A stretch of DNA of 63,957 nt, counting the filler, from Lama guanicoe (lineage: Eukaryota): the NCBI GenBank assembly GCA_013239625.1. It is 93 parts of 93 records of this genome, joined end to end, with 100 filler letters (N's around TTAATTAATTAA, not from the genome) between each part and the next. Parts side by side here need not be neighbours in the genome. Positions count along the whole stretch, not along the records: positions 63,667 to 63,957 come from PNXV01028635.1; 92 more parts are not named here. One strand, written 5' to 3'. Below the pieces are notes generated by a model that saw nothing but the letters and a program-made list of their open reading frames with translations, was not told the DNA's origin and made no database searches. The translations under genes and the position numbers were made by a program. Positions 63,926 to 63,957 of this stretch are shown one piece after another; positions within the stretch are counted from its first letter, which is position 1, and every line of letters begins with the position of its first letter.

Positions 63926-63957
63926 GACTTTTCTTGCTTCTGACCTAAGCAGGAGGA

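Overview
This is not a contiguous locus. It is a concatenation of about 93 short (0.2-1 kb) unplaced contigs from a mammalian genome assembly, each separated by an artificial 100-nt linker (44 N + TTAATTAATTAA + 44 N). tRNA-derived SINEs of the camelid Vic-1 type point to a camelid host. Most contigs are old interspersed repeats (L1, L2, MIR, MaLR/MLT1, ERVL, ERV1, MER58, MER5A) or satellites: a 7-mer/70-bp satellite, a ~267-bp satellite in a homogeneous and a highly diverged form, and a 248-bp satellite. Four contig pairs are near-identical duplicates. Almost all ORF-track ORFs are spurious. Five gene-derived fragments are recognisable: (1) a heavily frameshifted, CpG-rich copy of OTUD5 exon 1; (2) an ANKRD26/POTE-family ankyrin exon; (3) a LAMA2 LE-domain exon whose 5' splice site reads AT instead of GT; (4) two transmembrane exons of a CD46-like gene whose tail runs into an in-frame Glu/Lys repeat; (5) the IgC and TM exons of a butyrophilin-like gene. 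No prokaryotic-type system (CRISPR, operon, phage) is present, and adjacency between contigs carries no biological meaning. Gene and repeat identities come from my recall of known sequences, not from database searches.
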